Part shown: positions 28,231-41,143 of the stretch, piece by piece | Position numbering within the stretch: position 1 is the stretch's first letter | How the letters are laid out: each line of letters begins with the position of its first letter | Origin: the human T2T-CHM13v2.0 reference genome, Homo sapiens | Length of the DNA stretch: 64,000 nucleotides | Strand: one strand, 5' to 3' | Assembly (NCBI RefSeq): GCF_009914755.1 | Contig: NC_060928.1 | Translations under genes and position numbers: made by a program | Notes under the pieces: model-generated | Databases searched by the model: none | What the model was told of the DNA's origin: nothing | The model's input: only the letters and a program-made list of their open reading frames with translations

Positions 28231-28956
28231 CGGCTGGACGCTGCTCTCATGATCTCCCTTAATTGCTCAACTGGATGCTGGACTTGCCATATCCCCTCTG
28301 CCGATGCAGTTTAACTCCCACCAGATAGTTCCAAGGATGCCACTCATTCCTGTCTTTCCTTCATAATATGCTTTCTGCAGGACACCCTAATGCTGATTGG
28401 GGTACCTGGACTCGCTGGCTGGGCACCTCTCACCTGGCTGCCCAAAGAAGGTGTAGAGGTCCTGTTCTAGTGACTCTCCCTTACTCCTGTCTACAAGTCT
28501 CACCCACTCCCTTCTTGGATTCCCTTACCTCTACCCCGACATGGGTAGAAGTCCCCCTAGTGTTCTGGGCCTCCATCCCCTTCCCTTTCTTGATGCCACA
28601 AGCATGCAGTGGGGGCAGTTGTGGCCGCCATCTTGCTAAAGATTATATTCTAGTTACAGGGAGGATTTGGGAGTATAGAATAGATTTCTAAAGCTGTGTC
28701 AGCAGTCCTGAAATAGAAAGAAAATTTAATAATTTTTAAATTTAAAATAATAAGAAAATACAATATTTTGTGTAAGAAATAGATTGGCTTTAAGGTACCA
28801 CTTTCTAGAAATTATAATACAAGCAGCTGTAGAATGGAAAAATTGTTCATTCTAAATGGTTCTTAATTAAAAAGAAAAAATAATTCTAGTTTAGGCATAA
28901 TCTGTATGAATGGATAGCCTTCTCAGAACTCCCCAAATTCCCCTTCTTATGTAATT

Positions 28957-29118
28957 TTCTTTCCTTTCCTTTCCTTCCCCCTCCCTTCCTTTCCTTTCTT
29001 TTCCTTTTATTCCTTTCCTTTTTCCCTCCCCTCCCCTCCCCTCCCCTCCCCTCCTCTCTCCTCTCCTTCCCTCCCCTCATCTCTCCTCTCCTCCCCTCCC
29101 CTCTCCTTTCCTTTCTTT
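28957..29118. repeat. Polypyrimidine low-complexity tract (CCCCT/TTTCC)
   Basis: About 160 bp almost purely C/T. Confidence 0.92.
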
Positions 29119-30549
29119 CAGGCCTGGTTGTCCTTGGTGCTTTCATCACTCAGTGCATTGTCTAATGAGCTAACAGTTTTCAATTCAGTATTCATTGTTT
29201 CAATTTTTAAAAAATACCTTTCGCAGACAATTTTGTGTTTAGCTTGAATTTATTTTAGATCAACTTATTTTAAATTAAAAGGTTACGAAACTTTTATGTC
29301 TTTACTCTGCTATATGATGTCATGCAATTTCATTGCCATGAATTTAAAAGGCTCATAGAAACAGAATACTAAAATACTACCAATATTAGAAATAATATGA
29401 CTGTATAATGTTACAGACTACCGAGCCAAATGGTGGATATGGAAAGGTGCCTGAATTGTACAAAGGCAGGTTATTTGTCAAGGCAGTTTACTTGGACCAT
29501 CCTGATCAGATAAATTACTCACTGTCCTCATAATGAAAATCAAGCGAAGCCTGGACTTAATTTTGACGGAGTAAAAAAGCTAGTTGATAGTGTGGAGGGG
29601 GATAGGAACCTCAGGAGAACGCACCTGGACTATTTCTCAGCTTGGTTTTGACACATGGGGTGTGTTGCAAGTAATTTATTACTAATAGTGAAAGCACTAA
29701 ATTTGCACATGATCTGCCTTCTAAAAATACATACATTTGAGTGTAGTCAAGGTTATCTCAATGATATCATTGCTCTCATGTTCTTACAAGTATGTTTTCT
29801 TAAGTGAGAGAGAAAGATTGGTGTTAGCAAAAGTAGCACAGAATGCCACATAATCAATAGCTTGTTTATCAATATCCCCAGAAACATTGTAGAGAGCAAG
29901 CCTAACTAGTATATAGCCAATATATGTGGCAATTAAAAATGATTACAACGTTTTATTTTCAGGAAAAATGTATTTGAGTTTTGTGAAAATTATGGTATAC
30001 CAGTGAGAGTGTGTCACCTGTGAGACTATTATCAATAATATGCTGTGACATGAAAAACTGTGAGCGTTCAAAGCTCTTATCATGGCCAGAAAAGGGAACC
30101 CTGAATAGAGTCAGGCAAATACCCTGGCTTTGGGGAAACTTTAAAAAAATTCAAGGAAAAAAATTGTTTTGACCCATGAAATTGAGTCTCAAATAAGATT
30201 ATGGCTAATGAAGGGAGATTTTTTAAAACCAAGAAATAATTCAAATAAAATGGGAGACAGCTCAGGAAAGTTGAATCGTTGTCTATTTATCTCAAATTTT
30301 AAATGACATGTTTATAAGATATAAGAAGGGAGAGTAACCAAAGGTGAATAGGGAAATGTAGCAAATCTACTATAAAAGTTCTATAAAGTAAGACCCAAAT
30401 GAATAGAGGATTTAAAAAAAGGTAAATGTGGCCTTTTTTTGAGAAAAAAAAAAGGTAAAGATGATTTTGAGGAAAAAAAAAAGGTAAAGGTGACCTTTTT
30501 TTGAGGAAAAAAAAAAAAGGTAACAATGACCAAAAGGAGCCATGAGGCT

Positions 30550-30726
30550 TTATTTTATTTTATTTATTTATTTTTCTAGAGATAGGGTCTCACTGTATTG
30601 TCCAGGCTGTAGTGCAGTGGCATGATCATGGCTCACTGCAGCCTCAACCTCCTGGCCTAAAGCTGTCCTCTCACCCTGACCTCCCAAAGGGCTGTGATTA
30701 TAGCCATTAGCCACTGCACCAGACGG
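30550..30726 (-). mobile_element. Alu monomer/AluJ fragment
   Basis: Short diverged Alu sequence with T-rich tail. Confidence 0.8.
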
Positions 30727-30751
30727 ATGCTTCTTTTAGTCAAAAAGAACA

Positions 30752-33700
30752 AGGAGGGGAGAGTGACAACAGCAAGATGTTGAATGGGAAGGTCCCAGAC
30801 TTCACGTCCCTTCAACAAAATATCCAACTAACAACTATCCACAGACAAGAACTTATGTGAAAAAACCCCTAAATTGGGAATGAGCCTGACACTAGTGTGG
30901 ACCACAGAACTGGATAAAAACCACATTAAAATGGTAAGAGAAATGGTCTTATTTTGACCACATCTCTCCTCCCTTCCCCCCAAGTTGGCAGAGGGCCACA
31001 CAGACAGAATTCCCCTGGGTCCCATGATTCTATTTTGTTTATCCTTGAGCCATAACATTTTATTGGTAGATCAGGGAAGAGCCAGGAGTAAGTGTCCCTT
31101 CCTTCCCATCCTCCTACCCAGGAGACACCCTCTAAAGGAGAGCAGAAGCCCAGGAGCCTGCCTCCTTAGAGGATCTTGGAGGTGGACAGGCTATTGTAGT
31201 GCTCTTCCTGGCCCTCGAGCAGGCTGAGGTAGGTGGCGAGCTCCTGCTCCAGCCACAACTTGATGTCCATGAGCAGCTGGTACTCCTGATTCTGCCTCTC
31301 ACTGTCAGCTCACACATCGCCCAGCTGAGCTTCAATACTGCTGATCAGCGCCTGGATCTGCGCCAGCTGTGCTCCAAAGCGTGCTGGTGACCTTCCAAGG
31401 CGGCTTTCATGCTAAGCTGCCACTGCAGCTCAATCTCAAGACCCTGGAGGTTGCACCGCAGGTCGGTGACCTGGGACCTGTTCATCTGGAGCTGCTCCAT
31501 GTGGCCAACAACTTCCCAGTTCAGTTCCTCAGTCCAGCTGGTGAACCAGCGTTCAGCATCCTTTCGGTTCTGCTTGGCATGACCTCATATTGGCTCTGCA
31601 TGTCACTCAGGATATTGGTGGCATCAGCGCCCAGAGCCGAATCCACTTCCACACTGATCTGGCCTCCCACCTGGCCCCTCAGGGCATTAATTTCCCCCTC
31701 ATGGTTCTTCTTCAGGTAGGCCAGCTCTTCCTTCAGCCCTTCGGTCTGCATCTCCAGGTCGGTCCTGGCCAGGGTCAGCTCAACCAGCACCCCGTGCAGG
31801 CCATTATGTCAGCCTCCACACTCACGAGCAGAGTCTGCTCCCTCTCATACTTAGTTCAGAAGTCATCTGCAGCCAGACAGGCATTGTTGATCTGCAGGAC
31901 AATCCTGGAATTCTCAATGATGTCACCAAGAATCTTGTAGCACAGGTACTCGATGGTCCCGTAGTAGTGGCTGTAGTCATGGGAGGGCCTGGGGCACATG
32001 ATTTTAAAATGGGAAAACAACAAGAGACAGACATCCAGCTTCCCTAGCATTCTGAGGTGCATTCCTGGAAGCTCAGACCAGTCTTGCCTTATGGGGGACA
32101 CTGGGAGTAATGGCATGGTTAGACTGTCTGGGGTCAGTTAGAAACAAAAAAAGGAGGCAGAGCTCACAGTGACCAGTGTGCAGATCTTGGCAGTAGCTCT
32201 GTGTTCCTGCCAGCTGTGGTGCCTAGTCAGAGATACCAGCCAACAGCACAGCCCAAGTCCAAAGCTGGACTGATCACTCCCAGAATCATGGTGGGAAGTT
32301 CAAGCTGGCTTTAGACTCTAGACATCCAGCATCCACGACCAGCCTCAGAGCCTATTTCAAGGCCCTGCCTACTCAGGGAGATGCCCACAACATTGCATTT
32401 CTTCAAAGCACAGGTGCCAAACCTGCCTGACATGGGAGGCCAAAAAGTGGCTTGATCTGGCCCCAGAGCCCACATCAAGGCACCACCCAGGCAGGGCAAC
32501 AAGCCTCAACTGTGCATTTCTATGGAGTATAGCCTCTGATCCCATTTGTCCCGAATGGCAACTCTGCTAGCATCAAAACCCAGCCTGCAGCCCTGCCCAG
32601 CTGTGGAACCCAAACAGTGATACCACCCAGCCAGGGATATACCCTGTTACCTGGCTGATCAGGGACCATCATGTTGCTTGGCCATCAGCTTCACCTGATA
32701 GCAGAGCCCAGCCAGTGGTCTCACTTCACAGCAGAGCCCAGCCAGCAGTCTCAGACAACCTCAGAGCAACGGCAGTGGCCCAACCAACCAGAGAACCCAA
32801 CAGCAACTCTACCTACTGTGGCCATTACTAGCTGATCTATCCAGAATCACAGGGTAGACTAAATAGTGAAAGTCTATCCCTGCCAAAGAACACCTGTAGA
32901 CTGTAAGAGGTGGCTGTCTCCTCAAATACACAGACACCAACCCAGGACACAAGGATTATGAAGAATCAGAAAATCATGACACCTCCAAAAGAAACTAATA
33001 AAGCTCCAATGATGGACCATAAAATAAGGGAGTTCTATAAAATGACTGACAGAGAACTCAGAATAATTCTTTTAAAGAAGCTCAGTGAACTACACAAATA
33101 TATTGACAGAAAATTAAATGAAATTTAGAAAACAAACATGAACAAAATGAGATGTTTGACAAAAAAATAAAGAAATAGGTACTTTTAAAAAAATTAGAAA
33201 TCCTAGAGATGAGGAATACAATTACTGGACTGAAAACACTGCATAGAAAACTTCATCAGCAGACTCAGTCAAGATAAAGAACCAGTGATCTCAAAGACAG
33301 AACATTTTAAATTATTCAGTCAGAGGAGAAAAAAGAATAAAGAATGCCTACAGGAATTATGCAACACCATCAATAGAACTAACATGCATATAATAGGAAT
33401 TCAAGAAGAAGAGAGAAAAAAAGGTGTCAGAAAGCATATTTAAAGAAATGGTGCCTGAAAACTCCCCAAATTTGGGAGAAAAGATACCTAGGTACAGTAA
33501 GTGCAGGAGTTTGCAATCAATTTCAACTCAAAGAAGAGTTAACCAAGACATGTAATAATCAAACTATCAAAAATCAAAGACTAATTAAAAATTCTGAGAG
33601 CAGCACAAGATAAACATATCACATACAAGGTAGTCTCAATGTCAGTGGATTTCTCAGCAGAAATGAGGGAGAAATAAAAGCTTTCCTAGACAAAGAAAAG

Positions 33701-33960
33701 CTAAGAGAGCTCATTACCATAAGCTAAGGGAGCTCATAAGGGTACAAAGTTTCAGTTAAACAGGAGGAAGGAATTATTTTAGATATAGTGTATAGCATGG
33801 TAACTATATTTAATAATAATGTATATTTCAAAATTGCTAAGACAATATATTTTAAATGTTCTTGCCACAAAAAAGATAAGTATTGAAGTGATGGATATAT
33901 TAATTAGCTTGATTTAGTCATTTCATGTTGTATACATATGTCATAACATTACTTTGTACC
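30752..33960 (+). mobile_element. Old L1M 5'UTR/ORF1 and 3' fragments, host of the KRT19 retrocopy
   Basis: L1-like start (gagtgacaacagcaagatg), ORF1-like MTPPKETNKAP...ELRIILLKKLSEL at 32910-33128, L1MA-type 3' end at 33730-33960. Confidence 0.65.
31032..31996 (-). pseudogene. KRT19P3: Processed keratin-19 pseudogene, 5'-truncated (likely KRT19P3)
   Basis: Intronless type I keratin rod fragments ([57 protein letters not shown]) with frameshifts; stop at 31166-31168; AATAAA (minus) at 31059-31064; degenerate poly(A); TSD CATGATT(C/T)T at 31023-31031 and 31997-32005. The P3 number is recalled from locus position. Confidence 0.88.
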
Positions 33961-34168
33961 CTGTATATATATATACATATGTGTATATATATATGTGTAT
34001 ATATATATATAAACACACACACATACATACACACACACAAGGTAAATACATATATACACACACACAAGGTATATATGTGTATGTATATACACACACACAA
34101 GGTATATGTATATATATACACACAAGGTATATGTGTGTGTATATACACACACACACACACACACACAA
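33960..34168. repeat. (TA)/(CA)/(TG) compound repeat with ~30-bp higher-order unit ACACACACAAGGTATAT...
   Basis: CACACAAGGTA recurs four times within alternating purine-pyrimidine tracts. Confidence 0.9.
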
Positions 34169-34389
34169 TTACAATTTGTCAATCCATGATTTCAAAAAGA
34201 ACAAGGAAATAAGTCTACTTCTTAGAGATGATAGCAGAAGGTATATCAGAGACAAGACAGCATCATTCAATTCTTTTTTTTTCTCCTCTCTTTTCTAGAT
34301 TGGGGTTTAAATTGAATATGGAGAATAAACTATGAAAAGTAGAAATTGCAGCCCAAGATAAAAGAGGGATTGGCAAGCTAACTCCAAGA

Positions 34390-34930
34390 TGTTTAAAATG
34401 AGACCAGATAAATTATGTACCAGGGTGCAAATAGAATTTCCAGCTATAAACTGTTTGGTAGTCTTTGAAAAGTCATGGCAAATAGGAGAGGTGCCACCAG
34501 ACCACAGATGGGTACATTTCATGTTTATTTTTAAGAGAGGAACAGAAAGGATTCAGGAAATTATAGACAACTTGATTCATATTTGCAGATTTAACAACAG
34601 ATTGTTAAAAATGCTCTAGTTTTTGAGCATTCAGAAATGAATGTTAAGGTCATTAGTAACCAACAAATGTGAAGTAAGGACAAGTTTGATACACTCATCT
34701 GATTTATTTTTTATGAGGATACTAAGCACATAGATCAACGGATTTCTTGAAAATCAAATTGAAACAGCTAGCAATTCGTATCACCGTGATGGAGCAATAT
34801 GGGATTGTCTCTTTTCAAGAGTGTCTATTAATGGCTTTATAGTCTCTAGTAGCGTGCCTTTACCCTATTTTATTCAGCATTTTCACCAATGGCTGGATGA
34901 ACATAGAGGCTTCTCAACTTTGTAGAGGGC
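34390..34930 (+). mobile_element. Ancient L3/CR1 LINE RT fragment
   Basis: RPDKLCTRV...VFEKSWQIGEVPPD...IFKRG resembles CR1 GPDGLHPRVL...IFEKSWRTGEVPEDW...IFKKG. Confidence 0.75.
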
Positions 34931-35817
34931 ATGAAAATAGACAGTGTATCTTATTTCAGTGCTTCTCACACTTTTTCACTGAATATTCCTAATGGAGGGG
35001 AAAATAAACATGTGCGCCTGGAGAAACCAGGACAATTGTCCTAAGTGGCTGCCAGAAGAGAGACATTTCTATAAATTTTATTTTATTTAAACATTATGTA
35101 AATTTTGCATTCTATGCCATGATTTTTTAAAATATAAAATAATTCTACCTCTAGTCAATCTTATTTCTCTAGTAATTGGCATTTCTGTGCCTTTGAATAT
35201 CTCCCATATTCTCCCAAAGTGCTGAGATTCCAATAAATGTTTTGCCATAGCTGTAAGCCTGTGGATATGGAGAGCGAAAGCAGGAAGGCTTGAGAGACTA
35301 CAAGAAAGAGAAGAGGAGAGCTTAGGATGTATGCGAAGCACAAACAAAATTACACCCAGAAGGTGAAAACCAAACCAGTGCCAATATTCTGAACAAAGGC
35401 CTGAGACTTGGTAATTTGTAGCATGGCCTACAGGGAAGGGGCATGAAAGGGAGAGGACCAGAGTTGGAAGCCCTGGAAAAGCATTGCTACTAGGGTAAAA
35501 GGAGCTAGAGAAGGCGTGATGTCCTTCAAAAACATGACAATAGGAGAAAAGAAGGAAGCAAAATGGAGAAAATTAAGTCCAAAGTATAGACATTGAGCAT
35601 TTAATACAATTAATTGTAGATCAAGACTAAAACAAGAGTGATCATATGGGTAGAAGAATAATATGTAAACATTATTTATACATACTGATAGAGTAGAAAG
35701 AATGCACCTAAAAGCAGGAAGAGAAGGAAGTCAGAAATAAGAGAGTGGAAAAAATAATTGCCTGCTGTATAAGTAATATGTGGTAGTCAAAAAATACTAT
35801 TTAAAAATTATAGATCA

Positions 35818-36335
35818 CAAAGAAAATGTACATATACATAACGGAGTACTATTCAGCCATAAAAATAATGAGATCCTGTCATTTGCAACAGCATGGATGG
35901 AACTGGAGATCATTATGTTAAGAAAAATAAGCCAGACACGGAAAGACAAACATCACGTGTTCTCACTTATTTGTGGGATTTAAAAATCAAAACAGTTGAA
36001 CTTGTGGACATAGAGAGTAGAAGGATGGTTACCAGACGCAGGGAAGCATAGTGGGGGGATGGAAGAGAGGTAGAGATGGTTAATGGGTACAAAAAAAGTT
36101 AGACTGAATAAAGACCTACTATTTGAAAAAAATCAGGGTGACTGCAGTCAATAATAATTTAATTGTACATTTTGAAATAACTAAAAGAGTATAATTGGAT
36201 TGTTCGTAACACAAAGGAAAAATGCTTGAAGGGATGGATACCCCATTCTCCATGATGTTATTATTAGGCATTCAAAACATCTCGTGTGCTCCATAAATAT
36301 ATACACCCACTATGTACCCACAAAAATTAAAAACT
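35818..36335 (+). mobile_element. L1MA-type 3' end with TSD
   Basis: L1 3'UTR; TSD AAAAATTATAGA(T/C)CA at 35803-35817 and 36336-36350. Confidence 0.88.
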
Positions 36336-36964
36336 AAAAATTATAGACCAGATAGTAAAATGTTAGATAGAAAAAAAGAGAATGGAAAGAGACTATAAGA
36401 GACACTAAAACAACAAGAACAAAATGCATCTCTTCCTAAAAGCCAGCTTAAAAGAAAGACAAACAAGAGATCAAATATAGAAAGACTAAAACTATCAATG
36501 TTTATTTTTTTGTATTTAAAAGAAAAACATTTTATTGACTCTTTAAATAAAACTCTATCCACAACAATAAAGGAAAATGGGGAAATATGACCTGTCACAC
36601 AATCACATAAAAATTTACGTCACAGATAAAATACTACAATCGCTTCATGAAATAACTTTCATCCATCAACCGTGGAGATGGGCAAGGAAATATAACCATC
36701 CTCATTTTATAGAGGTAAGAACAAAGATAAAGATAAGAATATATAAATGCAGAGGTTAGAATTATAAAAAGAGTCAGCCTTGCCAAAGTCTCAGGAAAGG
36801 CTCAGCAGTACAAATGACTCCAGGTTAGAAGTAGGTGAGTTCCTAACAAGAGGTCATGGATTTCTGGACAAAGGTGGTGTCCTTACAGGCACCATGCCTG
36901 GAAAATAGCTAGTAAGATAGGCGCCTACTATATTTGGCAACCTCAAATAGAATTGGCCTCTCAA

Positions 36965-37242
36965 TTTTCTTTTTTTTCTATATATATATATATATTTTTT
37001 GTTATACTTTAAGTTCTAGGGTACATGTGCGCAACGTGCAGTTTTGTTACATATGTATACATGTGCCATGTTGTTGTGCTGCACCCATTAACTCCTCATT
37101 TACATTAGCTATATCTCCTAATGCTATCCCTTCCCCCTCCTCCCACCCCACAACAGGCCCCTTCCTGAATCCAAGTGTTCTCATTGTTCAGTTCCCACCT
37201 ATGAATGAGAACATGTGGTGTTCGGTTTTTTGTCCTTGTGAT
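36965..37242 (-). mobile_element. Short L1PA 3' end
   Basis: ttatactttaagttctagggtacatgtgcgcaacgtgcag...; small internal deletion at cccc microhomology (~37160). Confidence 0.9.
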
Positions 37243-40200
37243 AAAAACTATCAATCTTTAAAGATAAAGAAAAGATCAAGCAAAACACATCGGGTTAGTT
37301 ATAAGATTAAGAAAATTAGGCTGCCATCAGACTTCTTAAAAACAGCACTTAAACTAAGGTAACAGCAGAACTGCATTTTTAAATTGAGGCGTATTCTCAA
37401 AAATAACTGGCTTGTATTCTTTAAAAATATCTGTGTCATTAAGCATTTTAAAAAGGCTGGGAAATTGTTCTAGATTAAAGAAGACTAAAGACTAAATAAC
37501 GACTAAGTAACATGTTATCCTGGGCAGGAGGGGAAGAACGTAAAAAGGACATTATGGAGATAATGGAAAATATTAAGATAAGAATGGCAGATTAGGTAAA
37601 AGTATTATATCAATGCTAAATTTTTTGAATTTAATAACTGATTGAGATTATGTAAGATAATGAAGGCAATATTCAATATTCATGTTCTTAGGAGAGACAC
37701 ATATAATAATAATAAAAAAGGAGCAAATGCAATCTATGCTGTCTATAATGAGGCCTTGATTTTTTGATGTATTAGATGTATGCAAGCTATATTTTAATAT
37801 ATATTTGGAGATAGCAAGAGATTAACATTGCAAATGTAGCATAATCTTAACAACTGGTGAATCTGGATAAAGGATATTTTGGAACTCACTTGCAAGTTTT
37901 CTGTGAGTTAGAAATTATTTCAAAGTAAAAAAAAATTTATTTAAAAGATGATAGTAGATCAACTACTAAAATGAAGGTAGGAAATAAAAACCCTGCTCAA
38001 GCCTCATCCTATCTTTATAACAGAAATCTGTTATAAAACTTTTTTTGTTCAGGTTGGTGATGCTTATGATTTTTATAATCATTTTCCACATGTTCAACAT
38101 GTACTGGAGAAAAGCACCAGCACCTTGATGAACATGATTAGATCAGGGTCCTTAGCTTGTTGAGGAAAAACTAACTTTGAAGGAGAAGTAGTGAAAATTG
38201 AAAAATTGAAATTTGATATTAATGTAATTAAGGTGCATCTTTAATTCAATGGTGCTCATGTATTATTAGAATATGACTACTTTAGGGAGGCAGGCAATTT
38301 TGGTATTTGCTTAAACAGGATCTATGCCATTTAATAGCCAATGTCCAAACACAGCAGCTGATTCTCTTTCTTCTGGACAAATGGAGTCCTTAACCCTGGG
38401 ATATACTTATAAACTCAACATTTATTGAGTTAACTTCCCTTAGGGCTCCCATCACACCCCACCCCTGCCCACACATCCCTGCCAATCCTGATATCATTTT
38501 ACCCTTAGCAGAATCTTATTTCACTCTAGCAATGTGCACATTTGTAAAATGGAACATCTAGGGTTTTCATTTTCAAAGCATTGCTCAAGAGGTGTGTCCC
38601 ACATCTTGGCTTTTAAAAATATATGTGTGTGTCTGTGTGTGCATGATTGCATGCCTGCAAGATAGTCTGCTTCTTGATAAACTGGCCCTGTAGTCATCTC
38701 TTGGAGTTCAAATAGGTTTCTTGATGTATGGCTATAAGTTTATTGACTGTGATCACATTTTAGAGACCAAACTCTTGGAAGGAAATGACCATGTCTGTCA
38801 ACTTACTAAAACAACATGTGGTTGTTTCACGTGTGTTACCATGATGACCAAGGAACTAAAGTCTTTTGGAGAATACAGTTTTATGGTTCTGATATTCACT
38901 AATATTTTTGACTAGTCTGAGCCAAATTATTATCTTTTTTTACTTGGTGGCAGAAAAAAGTCCTTATAAAGGATAATCGAAGATTAAAATGAATCAGTTA
39001 TTTCCCCATCAAAAAATTAAGATCTCATTATAGTCAGCATAGATTTCCTTGATTTGTTCATTCATTCATTTACCTATTCACTGGGAAGATACTTTATGTT
39101 CTCGTAATTAGTGGAGGCTGGAAAAGAAAAAATAATGTTAGTATCCTTTTTAAGCCAATTATATACAACTGGTTCGCTTTGTAATGCAAAAATTACTAAC
39201 CATGAATTTTATATAATTAATTAACAGCTGAACACAGAGAGCGTAGAGAAGGAGCTCAAAAGACATTTGCTTGAAATAATTCCATAAACTGCATCAGCCT
39301 TTGTCAGGCTCAGCCCTTAAGCTTGTAGGCCCCATAGTGAGGCTGTTTGAAGGGTCTACTTCCTTTCAAAGGGGCCCACGTATTCTTGGGAGTGTGCAAA
39401 CGCAGGCACGTGGCCTAGAGTATCACAGACAGGAGGTATTTGTTTTGTTTTTCCAAAACGGAAGCAGCTTTTTTTGTGTTTGGTGATTGTTAATGTATGA
39501 ATTTTTTTCAAGCAACTTAGAAATGTGTAGAGTCAAAAGTTCTTACTTGTTCCATCTGCCACTTCTCCTAAAGATAACAACGATTAGTAATTTGTATATA
39601 CCTTTCTAGACTTTTAAATTTAAATAAACATTTTTTACATTAAGTAAGATGAAATTACATACGTTGTTCTGAAATCGGCTTTTAAAAAATAGCAATATAT
39701 TGATGGCATCATCTCTTGTCAGTAGATAAAGACCAACTTCATCCCTTTACAATTTTCTCTAATAAAGATGAAGCACATTAATTTAGCCAAGTTCCTATTG
39801 ATGAATAATGAGGTTGCTTCCATATTTTTGATATTATAAAGAATGCTCCAGTGAATATCCTAATTTGTTCATGTTTGCCTACATGTTCTGTTTTCTCAGG
39901 ATAAACCCCTAGACAGGATTGTTGAGTCAAAGTGTATTTAAAAATTATAGTACGTATTTTCAAACTATTCTCAGCTGAAAGATCGGACTCCGGTAGTGCA
40001 TTAAAGTGTCTGTTTCCCACACCATTGAAATCACTGACTTAATCAAATCATGGCAAGTCAGATAAGTACTCAAACATTTCTTCATTATTTCAATTTCAAT
40101 TTCTTTTTTCTCGCTGAGATCGAATATCTCTTCATCTAGTTTGGTTGTTTATGCTTCTTTGTGAATAGTTTATTTGGAGACTTTACGTGTTTTTCTACTG

Positions 40201-40910
40201 GGTTGGTAATCTTTGCCTTTTTAGTTTGTAAATACATTGAACTCTTAAGGATATTAACTCTTCATCTGCTATATATACTGCAAATATTCATCCCCTGTTT
40301 TTCACTTGTCTTTCAGCTTTTATTTATGAAGTTTTAAATAAAGAAGTTTTACATCATTGTGTAGTATCAGTTCATATTACTCTTATGGTTTCTGGCTTTA
40401 TTACCATGCTTGAAAAGATCTCCTCATCCTGAAATTGCTTAGATATTCTCCAAAAGTTCTGGACTTTTCATAATTGTATTTTACTTTGGAGTTTCTAATC
40501 TATATAAAATTTAATTTATGTATGATATGAAATAGAGGGCAAATATAATGCCAAACGGGGTGAATTGAAATTAATTTGGTTTGTAAATTTAAAAATATTT
40601 TTTGGAACTATACAGTAGAAGGATCAGACTTGAAATGTATGAAATGTAATACATTTACAATAAGTGTTAGGGAAAATAATATAGCTGAGAAAAACATACC
40701 TCTCTGATTATCTCAGTCATCTCTGAGGTGAATTGATTGTGAGGGTTACTACTTATGAATGGTGGAACACCGAACCACAAGACGGATATATGATCTGCTT
40801 AGGTAATCTGCATCATGGGACAAGTGAATGACATATGTTTTGGCCATTTAGACGAAACATTCTATACATTCTAAGAATTATTGAGGGGGTGGAGTTCCAT
40901 TTTCTTCTCT

Positions 40911-41143
40911 AAAGCAGAGTTCTCAATCTTAAGTGTTCCATTGGAATCACTTGCTTTTATTTTATTTTATTTTATTTTTTTGCCATCAGCTTTCTCAGGT
41001 TAAAGTAATCACTTGCTTTTAGAAATGCTCCTGCCAGATCCTGGAGATTCTGATTTTATTGGTCAGGGCCTAGCTGTCTTGGATTTTAAAAGCTCACCAG
41101 GTGATTATATAGTGCGTGGCTAAGGTTGAGAACCACAGCCTTA
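40911..41143. mobile_element. MER5A-like hAT MITE carrying a small poly(A) insertion
   Basis: cagagttctcaa...gattctgatt...ccaggtgatt...ggttgagaaccacag. Confidence 0.75.

Larger units (their letters stand above)
24480..28635 (+). mobile_element. Degenerate ERVL-like internal sequence interrupted by MST LTR, Tigger2 and a VNTR
   Basis: PBS-Ser(GCU)-like TAGCAGTGAGGATGAAATTTGA. Frameshifted gag-like peptides PLTQAEIRSLLKHLMQRP..ATWLW / VLNRKGLQFTGQE and EGRELLRRLGVLQWVY (26275-26690) resemble ERVL gag (WEWILRV..., EEGIQRLREIGMLEWI). The right boundary is uncertain. Confidence 0.5.

Noticed and set aside
33918-34298. ORFs rich in C/V/Y/I/H/T
   Set aside because: Translations of dinucleotide repeats.
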